Shown in pieces: positions 11,001-26,000 of a stretch of DNA of 64,000 nucleotides. The stretch's first letter is position 1. Each line of letters starts with the position of its first letter. The notes under the pieces were generated by a model that saw only the letters and a list, made by a program, of their open reading frames with translations, did not search any database and was not told where the DNA came from. A program made the position numbers and the translations under genes. Origin of the DNA: the human T2T-CHM13v2.0 reference genome, Homo sapiens; assembly GCF_009914755.1 (NCBI RefSeq), contig NC_060942.1; one strand, written 5' to 3'.

Positions 11001-14000
11001 GAGCGCTTTCAGGCCCATGTTGGAAAGGGAAATATCTTCCCGTAACAACTAGGCAGAAGCATTCTCAGAAACTTATTTGAGATGTGTGTACTCAACTAAG
11101 AGAATTGAACCACCGTTTTGAAGGAGCAGTTTTGAAACACTCTTTTTCTGGAATCTGCAAGAGTATATTTGCCTAGCCTTGAGGATTTCGTTGGAAACGG
11201 GATTGTCTTCAGAGAAAATCTAGACAGAAGCATTCTCAGAAACTTCTTTGGGATGCTTGCATTCAAGTCACAGAGTAGAACATTCCCTTTGGTAGAGCAG
11301 GTTTGAAACACTCTTTTTGTAGTATCTGGAAGTGGACATTTGGAGCGCTTTCAGGCCTACGTTGGAAAAGGAAATATCTTCCCATAACAACTAGACAGAA
11401 GCATTCTCAGAAACTAGTTTCTGATGTGTGTCCTCAACTAACACAGTTGAACATTTCTTTAGACAGAACAGTTTTGAAACACTCTTTTTGTGGAATCTGC
11501 AAGTGGCTATTTGGCTAGATTTGAGGATTTCGTTGGAAACGGGATTACATATAAAAAGCAGTCAGCGGCATTCTCAGAAAGTTCTTTGTGATGATTGCAT
11601 TCAAGTCACAGAATTGAACATTCCCTTTCACAGAGCAGGTTTGAAACACTCTTTTTGTAGTGTGTGTAAGTGGACATTTGGAGCACTTACCGGCCTAAGG
11701 TGAAAAAGGAAATATCTTCCCATAAAAACTAGACAGAAGCATTCTCAGAAACTTACTCGTGATGTGTGTCCTCAACTAAAGGAGTAGAACCTTTCTTTTC
11801 ATAGAGAAGTTTTGAAACGCTCTTTTTGTGGAATCTGCAAGTGGATATTTGGCTAGTTTTGAGGATTTCGTTGGAAGCGGGAATTCATACAAATTGCAGA
11901 CTGCAGCGTTCTGAGAAACATCTTTGTGATGTTTGTATTCAGGACACAGAGTTGAACATTCCCTATCATAGAGCAGGTTTGAATCACTCCTTTTGTAGTA
12001 TCTGGAAGTGGACATTTGGAGCGCTTTCAGGCCTATGTTGGAAAAGGAAATATCTTCCCATAACAACTAGACAGAAGCATTCTCAGAAACTTATTTGAGA
12101 TGTGTGTACTCAACTAAGAGAATTGAACCACCGTTTTGAAGGAGCAGTTTTGAAACTCTCTTTTTCTGGAATCTGCAAGTGGATATTTGGCTAGCTTTGG
12201 GGATTTCGCTGGAAGCGGGAATACATATAAAAAGCACACAGCAGCGTTCTGAGAAACTGCTTTCTGATGTTTGCATTCAAGTCAAAAGTTGAACACTCCC
12301 TTTCATAGAGCAGTCCTGAAACACCCCTTTTGTAGTATCTGGAACTGGACTTTTGGAGCGATTTCAGGGCTAAGGTGAAAAAGGAAATATCTTCCCATAA
12401 AAACTGGACAGAAGCATTCTCAGAAACTTGTTTATGCTGTATCTACTCAACTAACAAAGTTGAACCTTTCTTTTGATAGAGCAGTTTTGAAATGGTCTTT
12501 TTGTGGAATCTGCAAGTGGATATTTGGCTAGTTTTGAGGATTTCGTTGGAAGCGGGAATTCATACAAATTGCAGACTGCAGCGTTCTGAGAAACATCTTT
12601 GTGATGTTTGTATTCAGGACACAGAGTTGAACATTCCCTATCATAGAGCAGGTTGGAATCACTCCTTTTGTAGTATCTGGAAGTGGACATTTGGAGCGCT
12701 TTCAGGCCTATTTTGGAAAGGGAAATATCTTCCCGTAACAACTATGCAGAAGCATTCTCAGAAACTTGTTTGTGATGTGTGCCCTCTACTGACAGAGTTG
12801 AACCTTTCTTTTCATAGAGCAGTTTTGAAACACTCTTTTTGTAGAATCTGCAAGAGGATATTTGCATAGCTTTGAGGATTTCGTGGGAAACGGGATTGTC
12901 TTCAGGTAAAATCTAGACAGAAGCATTCTCAGAAACTTCTTTGGGATGTTTGCATTCAAGTCACAGAGTAGAACATTCCCTTTGGTAGAGCAGGTTTGAA
13001 ACACTCTTTTTGTAGTATCTGGAAGTGGACATTTGGAGCGCTTTCAGGCCCATGTTGGAAAGGGAAATATCTTCCCGTAACAACTAGGCAGAAGCATTCT
13101 CAGAAACTTATTTGAGATGTGTGTACTCAACTAAGAGAATTGAACCACCGTTTTGAAGGAGCAGTTTTGAAACACTCTTTTTCTGGAATCTGCAAGAGTA
13201 TATTTGCCTAGCCTTGAGGATTTCGTTGGAAACGGGATTGTCTTCAGAGAAAATCTAGACAGAAGCATTCTCAGAAACTTCTTTGGGATGCTTGCATTCA
13301 AGTCACAGAGTAGAACATTCCCTTTGGTAGAGCAGGTTTGAAACACTCTTTTTGTAGTATCTGGAAGTGGACATTTGGAGCGCTTTCAGGCCTACGTTGG
13401 AAAAGGAAATATCTTCCCATAACAACTAGACAGAAGCATTCTCAGAAACTAGTTTCTGATGTGTGTTCTCAACTAACACAGTTGAACATTTCTTTAGACA
13501 GAACAGTTTTGAAACACTCTTTTTGTGGAATCTGCAAGTGGCTATTTGGCTAGATTTGAGGATTTCGTTGGAAACGGGATTACATATAAAAAGCAGTCAG
13601 CGGCATTCTCAGAAAGTTCTTTGTGATGATTGCATTCAAGTCACAGAATTGAACATTCCCTTTCACAGAGCAGGTTTGAAACACTCTTTTTGTAGTGTGT
13701 GTAAGTGGACATTTGGAGCACTTACCGGCCTAAGGTGAAAAAGGAAATATCTTCCCATAAAAACTAGACAGAAGCATTCTCAGAAACTTACTCGTGATGT
13801 GTGTCCTCAACTAAAGGAGTAGAACCTTTCTTTTCATAGAGAAGTTTTGAAACGCTCTTTTTGTGGAATCTGCAAGTGGATATTTGGCTAGTTTTGAGGA
13901 TTTCGTTGGAAGCGGGAATTCATACAAATTGCAGACTGCAGCGTTCTGAGAAACATCTTTGTGATGTTTGTATTCAGGACACAGAGTTGAACATTCCCTA

Positions 14001-17000
14001 TCATAGAGCAGGTTTGAATCACTCCTTTTGTAGTATCTGGAAGTGGACATTTGGAGCGCTTTCAGGCCTATGTTGGAAAAGGAAATATCTTCCCATAACA
14101 ACTAGACAGAAGCATTCTCAGAAACTTATTTGAGATGTGTGTACTCAACTAAGAGAATTGAACCACCGTTTTGAAGGAGCAGTTTTGAAACTCTCTTTTT
14201 CTGGAATCTGCAAGTGGATATTTGGCTAGCTTTGGGGATTTCGCTGGAAGCGGGAATACATATAAAAAGCACACAGCAGCGTTCTGAGAAACTGCTTTCT
14301 GATGTTTGCATTCAAGTCAAAAGTTGAACACTCCCTTTCATAGAGCAGTCCTGAAACACCCCTTTTGTAGTATCTGGAACTGGACTTTTGGAGCGATTTC
14401 AGGGCTAAGGTGAAAAAGGAAATATCTTCCCATAAAAACTGGACAGAAGCATTCTCAGAAACTTGTTTATGCTGTATCTACTCAACTAACAAAGTTGAAC
14501 CTTTCTTTTGATAGAGCAGTTTTGAAATGGTCTTTTTGTGGAATCTGCAAGTGGATATTTGGCTAGTTTTGAGGATTTCGTTGGAAGCGGGAATTCATAC
14601 AAATTGCAGACTGCAGCGTTCTGAGAAACATCTTTGTGATGTTTGTATTCAGGACACAGAGTTGAACATTCCCTATCATAGAGCAGGTTGGAATCACTCC
14701 TTTTGTAGTATCTGGAAGTGGACATTTGGAGCGCTTTCAGGCCTATTTTGGAAAGGGAAATATCTTCCCGTAACAACTATGCAGAAGCATTCTCAGAAAC
14801 TTGTTTGTGATGTGTGCCCTCTACTGACAGAGTTGAACCTTTCTTTTCATAGAGCAGTTTTGAAACACTCTTTTTGTAGAATCTGCAAGAGGATATTTGC
14901 ATAGCTTTGAGGATTTCGTGGGAAACGGGATTGTCTTCAGGTAAAATCTAGACAGAAGCATTCTCAGAAACTTCTTTGGGATGTTTGCATTCAAGTCACA
15001 GAGTAGAACATTCCCTTTGGTAGAGCAGGTTTGAAACACTCTTTTTGTAGTATCTGGAAGTGGACATTTGGAGCGCTTTCAGGCCCATGTTGGAAAGGGA
15101 AATATCTTCCCGTAACAACTAGGCAGAAGCATTCTCAGAAACTTATTTGAGATGTGTGTACTCAACTAAGAGAATTGAACCACCGTTTTGAAGGAGCAGT
15201 TTTGAAACACTCTTTTTCTGGAATCTGCAAGAGTATATTTGCCTAGCCTTGAGGATTTCGTTGGAAACGGGATTGTCTTCAGAGAAAATCTAGACAGAAG
15301 CATTCTCAGAAACTTCTTTGGGATGCTTGCATTCAAGTCACAGAGTAGAACATTCCCTTTGGTAGAGCAGGTTTGAAACACTCTTTTTGTAGTATCTGGA
15401 AGTGGACATTTGGAGCGCTTTCAGGCCTACGTTGGAAAAGGAAATATCTTCCCATAACAACTAGACAGAAGCATTCTCAGAAACTAGTTTCTGATGTGTG
15501 TCCTCAACTAACACAGTTGAACATTTCTTTAGACAGAACAGTTTTGAAACACTCTTTTTGTGGAATCTGCAAGTGGCTATTTGGCTAGATTTGAGGATTT
15601 CGTTGGAAACGGGATTACATATAAAAAGCAGTCAGCGGCATTCTCAGAAAGTTCTTTGTGATGATTGCATTCAAGTCACAGAATTGAACATTCCCTTTCA
15701 CAGAGCAGGTTTGAAACACTCTTTTTGTAGTGTGTGTAAGTGGACATTTGGAGCACTTACCGGCCTAAGGTGAAAAAGGAAATATCTTCCCATAAAAACT
15801 AGACAGAAGCATTCTCAGAAACTTACTCGTGATGTGTGTCCTCAACTAAAGGAGTAGAACCTTTCTTTTCATAGAGAAGTTTTGAAACGCTCTTTTTGTG
15901 GAATCTGCAAGTGGATATTTGGCTAGTTTTGAGGATTTCGTTGGAAGCGGGAATTCATACAAATTGCAGACTGCAGCGTTCTGAGAAACATCTTTGTGAT
16001 GTTTGTATTCAGGACACAGAGTTGAACATTCCCTATCATAGAGCAGGTTTGAATCACTCCTTTTGTAGTATCTGGAAGTGGACATTTGGAGCGCTTTCAG
16101 GCCTATGTTGGAAAAGGAAATATCTTCCCATAACAACTAGACAGAAGCATTCTCAGAAACTTATTTGAGATGTGTGTACTCAACTAAGAGAATTGAACCA
16201 CCGTTTTGAAGGAGCAGTTTTGAAACTCTCTTTTTCTGGAATCTGCAAGTGGATATTTGGCTAGCTTTGGGGATTTCGCTGGAAGCGGGAATACATATAA
16301 AAAGCACACAGCAGCGTTCTGAGAAACTGCTTTCTGATGTTTGCATTCAAGTCAAAAGTTGAACACTCCCTTTCATAGAGCAGTCCTGAAACACCCCTTT
16401 TGTAGTATCTGGAACTGGACTTTTGGAGCGATTTCAGGGCTAAGGTGAAAAAGGAAATATCTTCCCATAAAAACTGGACAGAAGCATTCTCAGAAACTTG
16501 TTTATGCTGTATCTACTCAACTAACAAAGTTGAACCTTTCTTTTGATAGAGCAGTTTTGAAATGGTCTTTTTGTGGAATCTGCAAGTGGATATTTGGCTA
16601 GTTTTGAGGATTTCGTTGGAAGCGGGAATTCATACAAATTGCAGACTGCAGCGTTCTGAGAAACATCTTTGTGATGTTTGTATTCAGGACACAGAGTTGA
16701 ACATTCCCTATCATAGAGCAGGTTGGAATCACTCCTTTTGTAGTATCTGGAAGTGGACATTTGGAGCGCTTTCAGGCCTATTTTGGAAAGGGAAATATCT
16801 TCCCGTAACAACTATGCAGAAGCATTCTCAGAAACTTGTTTGTGATGTGTGCCCTCTACTGACAGAGTTGAACCTTTCTTTTCATAGAGCAGTTTTGAAA
16901 CACTCTTTTTGTAGAATCTGCAAGAGGATATTTGCATAGCTTTGAGGATTTCGTGGGAAACGGGATTGTCTTCAGGTAAAATCTAGACAGAAGCATTCTC

Positions 17001-20000
17001 AGAAACTTCTTTGGGATGTTTGCATTCAAGTCACAGAGTAGAACATTCCCTTTGGTAGAGCAGGTTTGAAACACTCTTTTTGTAGTATCTGGAAGTGGAC
17101 ATTTGGAGCGCTTTCAGGCCCATGTTGGAAAGGGAAATATCTTCCCGTAACAACTAGGCAGAAGCATTCTCAGAAACTTATTTGAGATGTGTGTACTCAA
17201 CTAAGAGAATTGAACCACCGTTTTGAAGGAGCAGTTTTGAAACACTCTTTTTCTGGAATCTGCAAGAGTATATTTGCCTAGCCTTGAGGATTTCGTTGGA
17301 AACGGGATTGTCTTCAGAGAAAATCTAGACAGAAGCATTCTCAGAAACTTCTTTGGGATGCTTGCATTCAAGTCACAGAGTAGAACATTCCCTTTGGTAG
17401 AGCAGGTTTGAAACACTCTTTTTGTAGTATCTGGAAGTGGACATTTGGAGCGCTTTCAGGCCTACGTTGGAAAAGGAAATATCTTCCCATAACAACTAGA
17501 CAGAAGCATTCTCAGAAACTAGTTTCTGATGTGTGTCCTCAACTAACACAGTTGAACATTTCTTTAGACAGAACAGTTTTGAAACACTCTTTTTGTGGAA
17601 TCTGCAAGTGGCTATTTGGCTAGATTTGAGGATTTCGTTGGAAACGGGATTACATATAAAAAGCAGTCAGCGGCATTCTCAGAAAGTTCTTTGTGATGAT
17701 TGCATTCAAGTCACAGAATTGAACATTCCCTTTCACAGAGCAGGTTTGAAACACTCTTTTTGTAGTGTGTGTAAGTGGACATTTGGAGCACTTACCGGCC
17801 TAAGGTGAAAAAGGAAATATCTTCCCATAAAAACTAGACAGAAGCATTCTCAGAAACTTACTCGTGATGTGTGTCCTCAACTAAAGGGGTAGAACCTTTC
17901 TTTTCATAGAGAAGTTTTGAAACGCTCTTTTTGTGGAATCTGCAAGTGGATATTTGGCTAGTTTTGAGGATTTCGTTGGAAGCGGGAATTCATACAAATT
18001 GCAGACTGCAGCGTTCTGAGAAACATCTTTGTGATGTTTGTATTCAGGACACAGAGTTGAACATTCCCTATCATAGAGCAGGTTTGAATCACTCCTTTTG
18101 TAGTATCTGGAAGTGGACATTTGGAGCGCTTTCAGGCCTATGTTGGAAAAGGAAATATCTTCCCATAACAACTAGACAGAAGCATTCTCAGAAACTTATT
18201 TGAGATGTGTGTACTCAACTAAGAGAATTGAACCACCGTTTTGAAGGAGCAGTTTTGAAACTCTCTTTTTCTGGAATCTGCAAGTGGATATTTGGCTAGC
18301 TTTGGGGATTTCGCTGGAAGCGGGAATACATATAAAAAGCACACAGCAGCGTTCTGAGAAACTGCTTTCTGATGTTTGCATTCAAGTCAAAAGTTGAACA
18401 CTCCCTTTCATAGAGCAGTCCTGAAACACCCCTTTTGTAGTATCTGGAACTGGACTTTTGGAGCGATTTCAGGGCTAAGGTGAAAAAGGAAATATCTTCC
18501 CATAAAAACTGGACAGAAGCATTCTCAGAAACTTGTTTATGCTGTATCTACTCAACTAACAAAGTTGAACCTTTCTTTTGATAGAGCAGTTTTGAAATGG
18601 TCTTTTTGTGGAATCTGCAAGTGGATATTTGGCTAGTTTTGAGGATTTCGTTGGAAGCGGGAATTCATACAAATTGCAGACTGCAGCGTTCTGAGAAACA
18701 TCTTTGTGATGTTTGTATTCAGGACACAGAGTTGAACATTCCCTATCATAGAGCAGGTTGGAATCACTCCTTTTGTAGTATCTGGAAGTGGACATTTGGA
18801 GCGCTTTCAGGCCTATTTTGGAAAGGGAAATATCTTCCCGTAACAACTATGCAGAAGCATTCTCAGAAACTTGTTTGTGATGTGTGCCCTCTACTGACAG
18901 AGTTGAACCTTTCTTTTCATAGAGCAGTTTTGAAACACTCTTTTTGTAGAATCTGCAAGAGGATATTTGCATAGCTTTGAGGATTTCGTGGGAAACGGGA
19001 TTGTCTTCAGGTAAAATCTAGACAGAAGCATTCTCAGAAACTTCTTTGGGATGTTTGCATTCAAGTCACAGAGTAGAACATTCCCTTTGGTAGAGCAGGT
19101 TTGAAACACTCTTTTTGTAGTATCTGGAAGTGGACATTTGGAGCGCTTTCAGGCCCATGTTGGAAAGGGAAATATCTTCCCGTAACAACTAGGCAGAAGC
19201 ATTCTCAGAAACTTATTTGAGATGTGTGTACTCAACTAAGAGAATTGAACCACCGTTTTGAAGGAGCAGTTTTGAAACACTCTTTTTCTGGAATCTGCAA
19301 GAGTATATTTGCCTAGCCTTGAGGATTTCGTTGGAAACGGGATTGTCTTCAGAGAAAATCTAGACAGAAGCATTCTCAGAAACTTCTTTGGGATGCTTGC
19401 ATTCAAGTCACAGAGTAGAACATTCCCTTTGGTAGAGCAGGTTTGAAACACTCTTTTTGTAGTATCTGGAAGTGGACATTTGGAGCGCTTTCAGGCCTAC
19501 GTTGGAAAAGGAAATATCTTCCCATAACAACTAGACAGAAGCATTCTCAGAAACTAGTTTCTGATGTGTGTCCTCAACTAACACAGTTGAACATTTCTTT
19601 AGACAGAACAGTTTTGAAACACTCTTTTTGTGGAATCTGCAAGTGGCTATTTGGCTAGATTTGAGGATTTCGTTGGAAACGGGATTACATATAAAAAGCA
19701 GTCAGCGGCATTCTCAGAAAGTTCTTTGTGATGATTGCATTCAAGTCACAGAATTGAACATTCCCTTTCACAGAGCAGGTTTGAAACACTCTTTTTGTAG
19801 TGTGTGTAAGTGGACATTTGGAGCACTTACCGGCCTAAGGTGAAAAAGGAAATATCTTCCCATAAAAACTAGACAGAAGCATTCTCAGAAACTTACTCGT
19901 GATGTGTGTCCTCAACTAAAGGAGTAGAACCTTTCTTTTCATAGAGAAGTTTTGAAACGCTCTTTTTGTGGAATCTGCAAGTGGATATTTGGCTAGTTTT

Positions 20001-23000
20001 GAGGATTTCGTTGGAAGCGGGAATTCATACAAATTGCAGACTGCAGCGTTCTGAGAAACATCTTTGTGATGTTTGTATTCAGGACACAGAGTTGAACATT
20101 CCCTATCATAGAGCAGGTTTGAATCACTCCTTTTGTAGTATCTGGAAGTGGACATTTGGAGCGCTTTCAGGCCTATGTTGGAAAAGGAAATATCTTCCCA
20201 TAACAACTAGACAGAAGCATTCTCAGAAACTTATTTGAGATGTGTGTACTCAACTAAGAGAATTGAACCACCGTTTTGAAGGAGCAGTTTTGAAACTCTC
20301 TTTTTCTGGAATCTGCAAGTGGATATTTGGCTAGCTTTGGGGATTTCGCTGGAAGCGGGAATACATATAAAAAGCACACAGCAGCGTTCTGAGAAACTGC
20401 TTTCTGATGTTTGCATTCAAGTCAAAAGTTGAACACTCCCTTTCATAGAGCAGTCCTGAAACACCCCTTTTGTAGTATCTGGAACTGGACTTTTGGAGCG
20501 ATTTCAGGGCTAAGGTGAAAAAGGAAATATCTTCCCATAAAAACTGGACAGAAGCATTCTCAGAAACTTGTTTATGCTGTATCTACTCAACTAACAAAGT
20601 TGAACCTTTCTTTTGATAGAGCAGTTTTGAAATGGTCTTTTTGTGGAATCTGCAAGTGGATATTTGGCTAGTTTTGAGGATTTCGTTGGAAGCGGGAATT
20701 CATACAAATTGCAGACTGCAGCGTTCTGAGAAACATCTTTGTGATGTTTGTATTCAGGACACAGAGTTGAACATTCCCTATCATAGAGCAGGTTGGAATC
20801 ACTCCTTTTGTAGTATCTGGAAGTGGACATTTGGAGCGCTTTCAGGCCTATTTTGGAAAGGGAAATATCTTCCCGTAACAACTATGCAGAAGCATTCTCA
20901 GAAACTTGTTTGTGATGTGTGCCCTCTACTGACAGAGTTGAACCTTTCTTTTCATAGAGCAGTTTTGAAACACTCTTTTTGTAGAATCTGCAAGAGGATA
21001 TTTGCATAGCTTTGAGGATTTCGTGGGAAACGGGATTGTCTTCAGGTAAAATCTAGACAGAAGCATTCTCAGAAACTTCTTTGGGATGTTTGCATTCAAG
21101 TCACAGAGTAGAACATTCCCTTTGGTAGAGCAGGTTTGAAACACTCTTTTTGTAGTATCTGGAAGTGGACATTTGGAGCGCTTTCAGGCCCATGTTGGAA
21201 AGGGAAATATCTTCCCGTAACAACTAGGCAGAAGCATTCTCAGAAACTTATTTGAGATGTGTGTACTCAACTAAGAGAATTGAACCACCGTTTTGAAGGA
21301 GCAGTTTTGAAACACTCTTTTTCTGGAATCTGCAAGAGTATATTTGCCTAGCCTTGAGGATTTCGTTGGAAACGGGATTGTCTTCAGAGAAAATCTAGAC
21401 AGAAGCATTCTCAGAAACTTCTTTGGGATGCTTGCATTCAAGTCACAGAGTAGAACATTCCCTTTGGTAGAGCAGGTTTGAAACACTCTTTTTGTAGTAT
21501 CTGGAAGTGGACATTTGGAGCGCTTTCAGGCCTACGTTGGAAAAGGAAATATCTTCCCATAACAACTAGACAGAAGCATTCTCAGAAACTAGTTTCTGAT
21601 GTGTGTCCTCAACTAACACAGTTGAACATTTCTTTAGACAGAACAGTTTTGAAACACTCTTTTTGTGGAATCTGCAAGTGGCTATTTGGCTAGATTTGAG
21701 GATTTCGTTGGAAACGGGATTACATATAAAAAGCAGTCAGCGGCATTCTCAGAAAGTTCTTTGTGATGATTGCATTCAAGTCACAGAATTGAACATTCCC
21801 TTTCACAGAGCAGGTTTGAAACACTCTTTTTGTAGTGTGTGTAAGTGGACATTTGGAGCACTTACCGGCCTAAGGTGAAAAAGGAAATATCTTCCCATAA
21901 AAACTAGACAGAAGCATTCTCAGAAACTTACTCGTGATGTGTGTCCTCAACTAAAGGAGTAGAACCTTTCTTTTCATAGAGAAGTTTTGAAACGCTCTTT
22001 TTGTGGAATCTGCAAGTGGATATTTGGCTAGTTTTGAGGATTTCGTTGGAAGCGGGAATTCATACAAATTGCAGACTGCAGCGTTCTGAGAAACATCTTT
22101 GTGATGTTTGTATTCAGGACACAGAGTTGAACATTCCCTATCATAGAGCAGGTTGGAATCACTCCTTTTGTAGTATCTGGAAGTGGACATTTGGAGCGCT
22201 TTCAGGCCTATGTTGGAAAAGGAAATATCTTCCCATAACAACTAGACAGAAGCATTCTCAGAAACTTATTTGAGATGTGTGTACTCAACTAAGAGAATTG
22301 AACCACCGTTTTGAAGGAGCAGTTTTGAAACTCTCTTTTTCTGGAATCTGCAAGTGGATATTTGGCTAGCTTTGGGGATTTCGCTGGAAGCGGGAATACA
22401 TATAAAAAGCACACAGCAGCGTTCTGAGAAACTGCTTTCTGATGTTTGCATTCAAGTCAAAAGTTGAACACTCCCTTTCATAGAGCAGTCCTGAAACACC
22501 CCTTTTGTAGTATCTGGAACTGGACTTTTGGAGCGATTTCAGGGCTAAGGTGAAAAAGGAAATATCTTCCCATAAAAACTGGACAGAAGCATTCTCAGAA
22601 ACTTGTTTATGCTGTATCTACTCAACTAACAAAGTTGAACCTTTCTTTTGATAGAGCAGTTTTGAAATGGTCTTTTTGTGGAATCTGCAAGTGGATATTT
22701 GGCTAGTTTTGAGGATTTCGTTGGAAGCGGGAATTCATACAAATTGCAGACTGCAGCGTTCTGAGAAACATCTTTGTGATGTTTGTATTCAGGACACAGA
22801 GTTGAACATTCCCTATCATAGAGCAGGTTGGAATCACTCCTTTTGTAGTATCTGGAAGTGGACATTTGGAGCGCTTTCAGGCCTATTTTGGAAAGGGAAA
22901 TATCTTCCCGTAACAACTATGCAGAAGCATTCTCAGAAACTTGTTTGTGATGTGTGCCCTCTACTGACAGAGTTGAACCTTTCTTTTCATAGAGCAGTTT

Positions 23001-26000
23001 TGAAACACTCTTTTTGTAGAATCTGCAAGAGGATATTTGCATAGCTTTGAGGATTTCGTGGGAAACGGGATTGTCTTCAGGTAAAATCTAGACAGAAGCA
23101 TTCTCAGAAACTTCTTTGGGATGTTTGCATTCAAGTCACAGAGTAGAACATTCCCTTTGGTAGAGCAGGTTTGAAACACTCTTTTTGTAGTATCTGGAAG
23201 TGGACATTTGGAGCGCTTTCAGGCCCATGTTGGAAAGGGAAATATCTTCCCGTAACAACTAGGCAGAAGCATTCTCAGAAACTTATTTGAGATGTGTGTA
23301 CTCAACTAAGAGAATTGAACCACCGTTTTGAAGGAGCAGTTTTGAAACACTCTTTTTCTGGAATCTGCAAGAGTATATTTGCCTAGCCTTGAGGATTTCG
23401 TTGGAAACGGGATTGTCTTCAGAGAAAATCTAGACAGAAGCATTCTCAGAAACTTCTTTGGGATGCTTGCATTCAAGTCACAGAGTAGAACATTCCCTTT
23501 GGTAGAGCAGGTTTGAAACACTCTTTTTGTAGTATCTGGAAGTGGACATTTGGAGCGCTTTCAGGCCTACGTTGGAAAAGGAAATATCTTCCCATAACAA
23601 CTAGACAGAAGCATTCTCAGAAACTAGTTTCTGATGTGTGTCCTCAACTAACACAGTTGAACATTTCTTTAGACAGAACAGTTTTGAAACACTCTTTTTG
23701 TGGAATCTGCAAGTGGCTATTTGGCTAGATTTGAGGATTTCGTTGGAAACGGGATTACATATAAAAAGCAGTCAGCGGCATTCTCAGAAAGTTCTTTGTG
23801 ATGATTGCATTCAAGTCACAGAATTGAACATTCCCTTTCACAGAGCAGGTTTGAAACACTCTTTTTGTAGTGTGTGTAAGTGGACATTTGGAGCACTTAC
23901 CGGCCTAAGGTGAAAAAGGAAATATCTTCCCATAAAAACTAGACAGAAGCATTCTCAGAAACTTACTCGTGATGTGTGTCCTCAACTAAAGGGGTAGAAC
24001 CTTTCTTTTCATAGAGAAGTTTTGAAACGCTCTTTTTGTGGAATCTGCAAGTGGATATTTGGCTAGTTTTGAGGATTTCGTTGGAAGCGGGAATTCATAC
24101 AAATTGCAGACTGCAGCGTTCTGAGAAACATCTTTGTGATGTTTGTATTCAGGACACAGAGTTGAACATTCCCTATCATAGAGCAGGTTTGAATCACTCC
24201 TTTTGTAGTATCTGGAAGTGGACATTTGGAGCGCTTTCAGGCCTATGTTGGAAAAGGAAATATCTTCCCATAACAACTAGACAGAAGCATTCTCAGAAAC
24301 TTATTTGAGATGTGTGTACTCAACTAAGAGAATTGAACCACCGTTTTGAAGGAGCAGTTTTGAAACTCTCTTTTTCTGGAATCTGCAAGTGGATATTTGG
24401 CTAGCTTTGGGGATTTCGCTGGAAGCGGGAATACATATAAAAAGCACACAGCAGCGTTCTGAGAAACTGCTTTCTGATGTTTGCATTCAAGTCAAAAGTT
24501 GAACACTCCCTTTCATAGAGCAGTCCTGAAACACCCCTTTTGTAGTATCTGGAACTGGACTTTTGGAGCGATTTCAGGGCTAAGGTGAAAAAGGAAATAT
24601 CTTCCCATAAAAACTGGACAGAAGCATTCTCAGAAACTTGTTTATGCTGTATCTACTCAACTAACAAAGTTGAACCTTTCTTTTGATAGAGCAGTTTTGA
24701 AATGGTCTTTTTGTGGAATCTGCAAGTGGATATTTGGCTAGTTTTGAGGATTTCGTTGGAAGCGGGAATTCATACAAATTGCAGACTGCAGCGTTCTGAG
24801 AAACATCTTTGTGATGTTTGTATTCAGGACACAGAGTTGAACATTCCCTATCATAGAGCAGGTTGGAATCACTCCTTTTGTAGTATCTGGAAGTGGACAT
24901 TTGGAGCGCTTTCAGGCCTATTTTGGAAAGGGAAATATCTTCCCGTAACAACTATGCAGAAGCATTCTCAGAAACTTGTTTGTGATGTGTGCCCTCTACT
25001 GACAGAGTTGAACCTTTCTTTTCATAGAGCAGTTTTGAAACACTCTTTTTGTAGAATCTGCAAGAGGATATTTGCATAGCTTTGAGGATTTCGTGGGAAA
25101 CGGGATTGTCTTCAGGTAAAATCTAGACAGAAGCATTCTCAGAAACTTCTTTGGGATGTTTGCATTCAAGTCACAGAGTAGAACATTCCCTTTGGTAGAG
25201 CAGGTTTGAAACACTCTTTTTGTAGTATCTGGAAGTGGACATTTGGAGCGCTTTCAGGCCCATGTTGGAAAGGGAAATATCTTCCCGTAACAACTAGGCA
25301 GAAGCATTCTCAGAAACTTATTTGAGATGTGTGTACTCAACTAAGAGAATTGAACCACCGTTTTGAAGGAGCAGTTTTGAAACACTCTTTTTCTGGAATC
25401 TGCAAGAGTATATTTGCCTAGCCTTGAGGATTTCGTTGGAAACGGGATTGTCTTCAGAGAAAATCTAGACAGAAGCATTCTCAGAAACTTCTTTGGGATG
25501 CTTGCATTCAAGTCACAGAGTAGAACATTCCCTTTGGTAGAGCAGGTTTGAAACACTCTTTTTGTAGTATCTGGAAGTGGACATTTGGAGCGCTTTCAGG
25601 CCTACGTTGGAAAAGGAAATATCTTCCCATAACAACTAGACAGAAGCATTCTCAGAAACTAGTTTCTGATGTGTGTCCTCAACTAACACAGTTGAACATT
25701 TCTTTAGACAGAACAGTTTTGAAACACTCTTTTTGTGGAATCTGCAAGTGGCTATTTGGCTAGATTTGAGGATTTCGTTGGAAACGGGATTACATATAAA
25801 AAGCAGTCAGCGGCATTCTCAGAAAGTTCTTTGTGATGATTGCATTCAAGTCACAGAATTGAACATTCCCTTTCACAGAGCAGGTTTGAAACACTCTTTT
25901 TGTAGTGTGTGTAAGTGGACATTTGGAGCACTTACCGGCCTAAGGTGAAAAAGGAAATATCTTCCCATAAAAACTAGACAGAAGCATTCTCAGAAACTTA

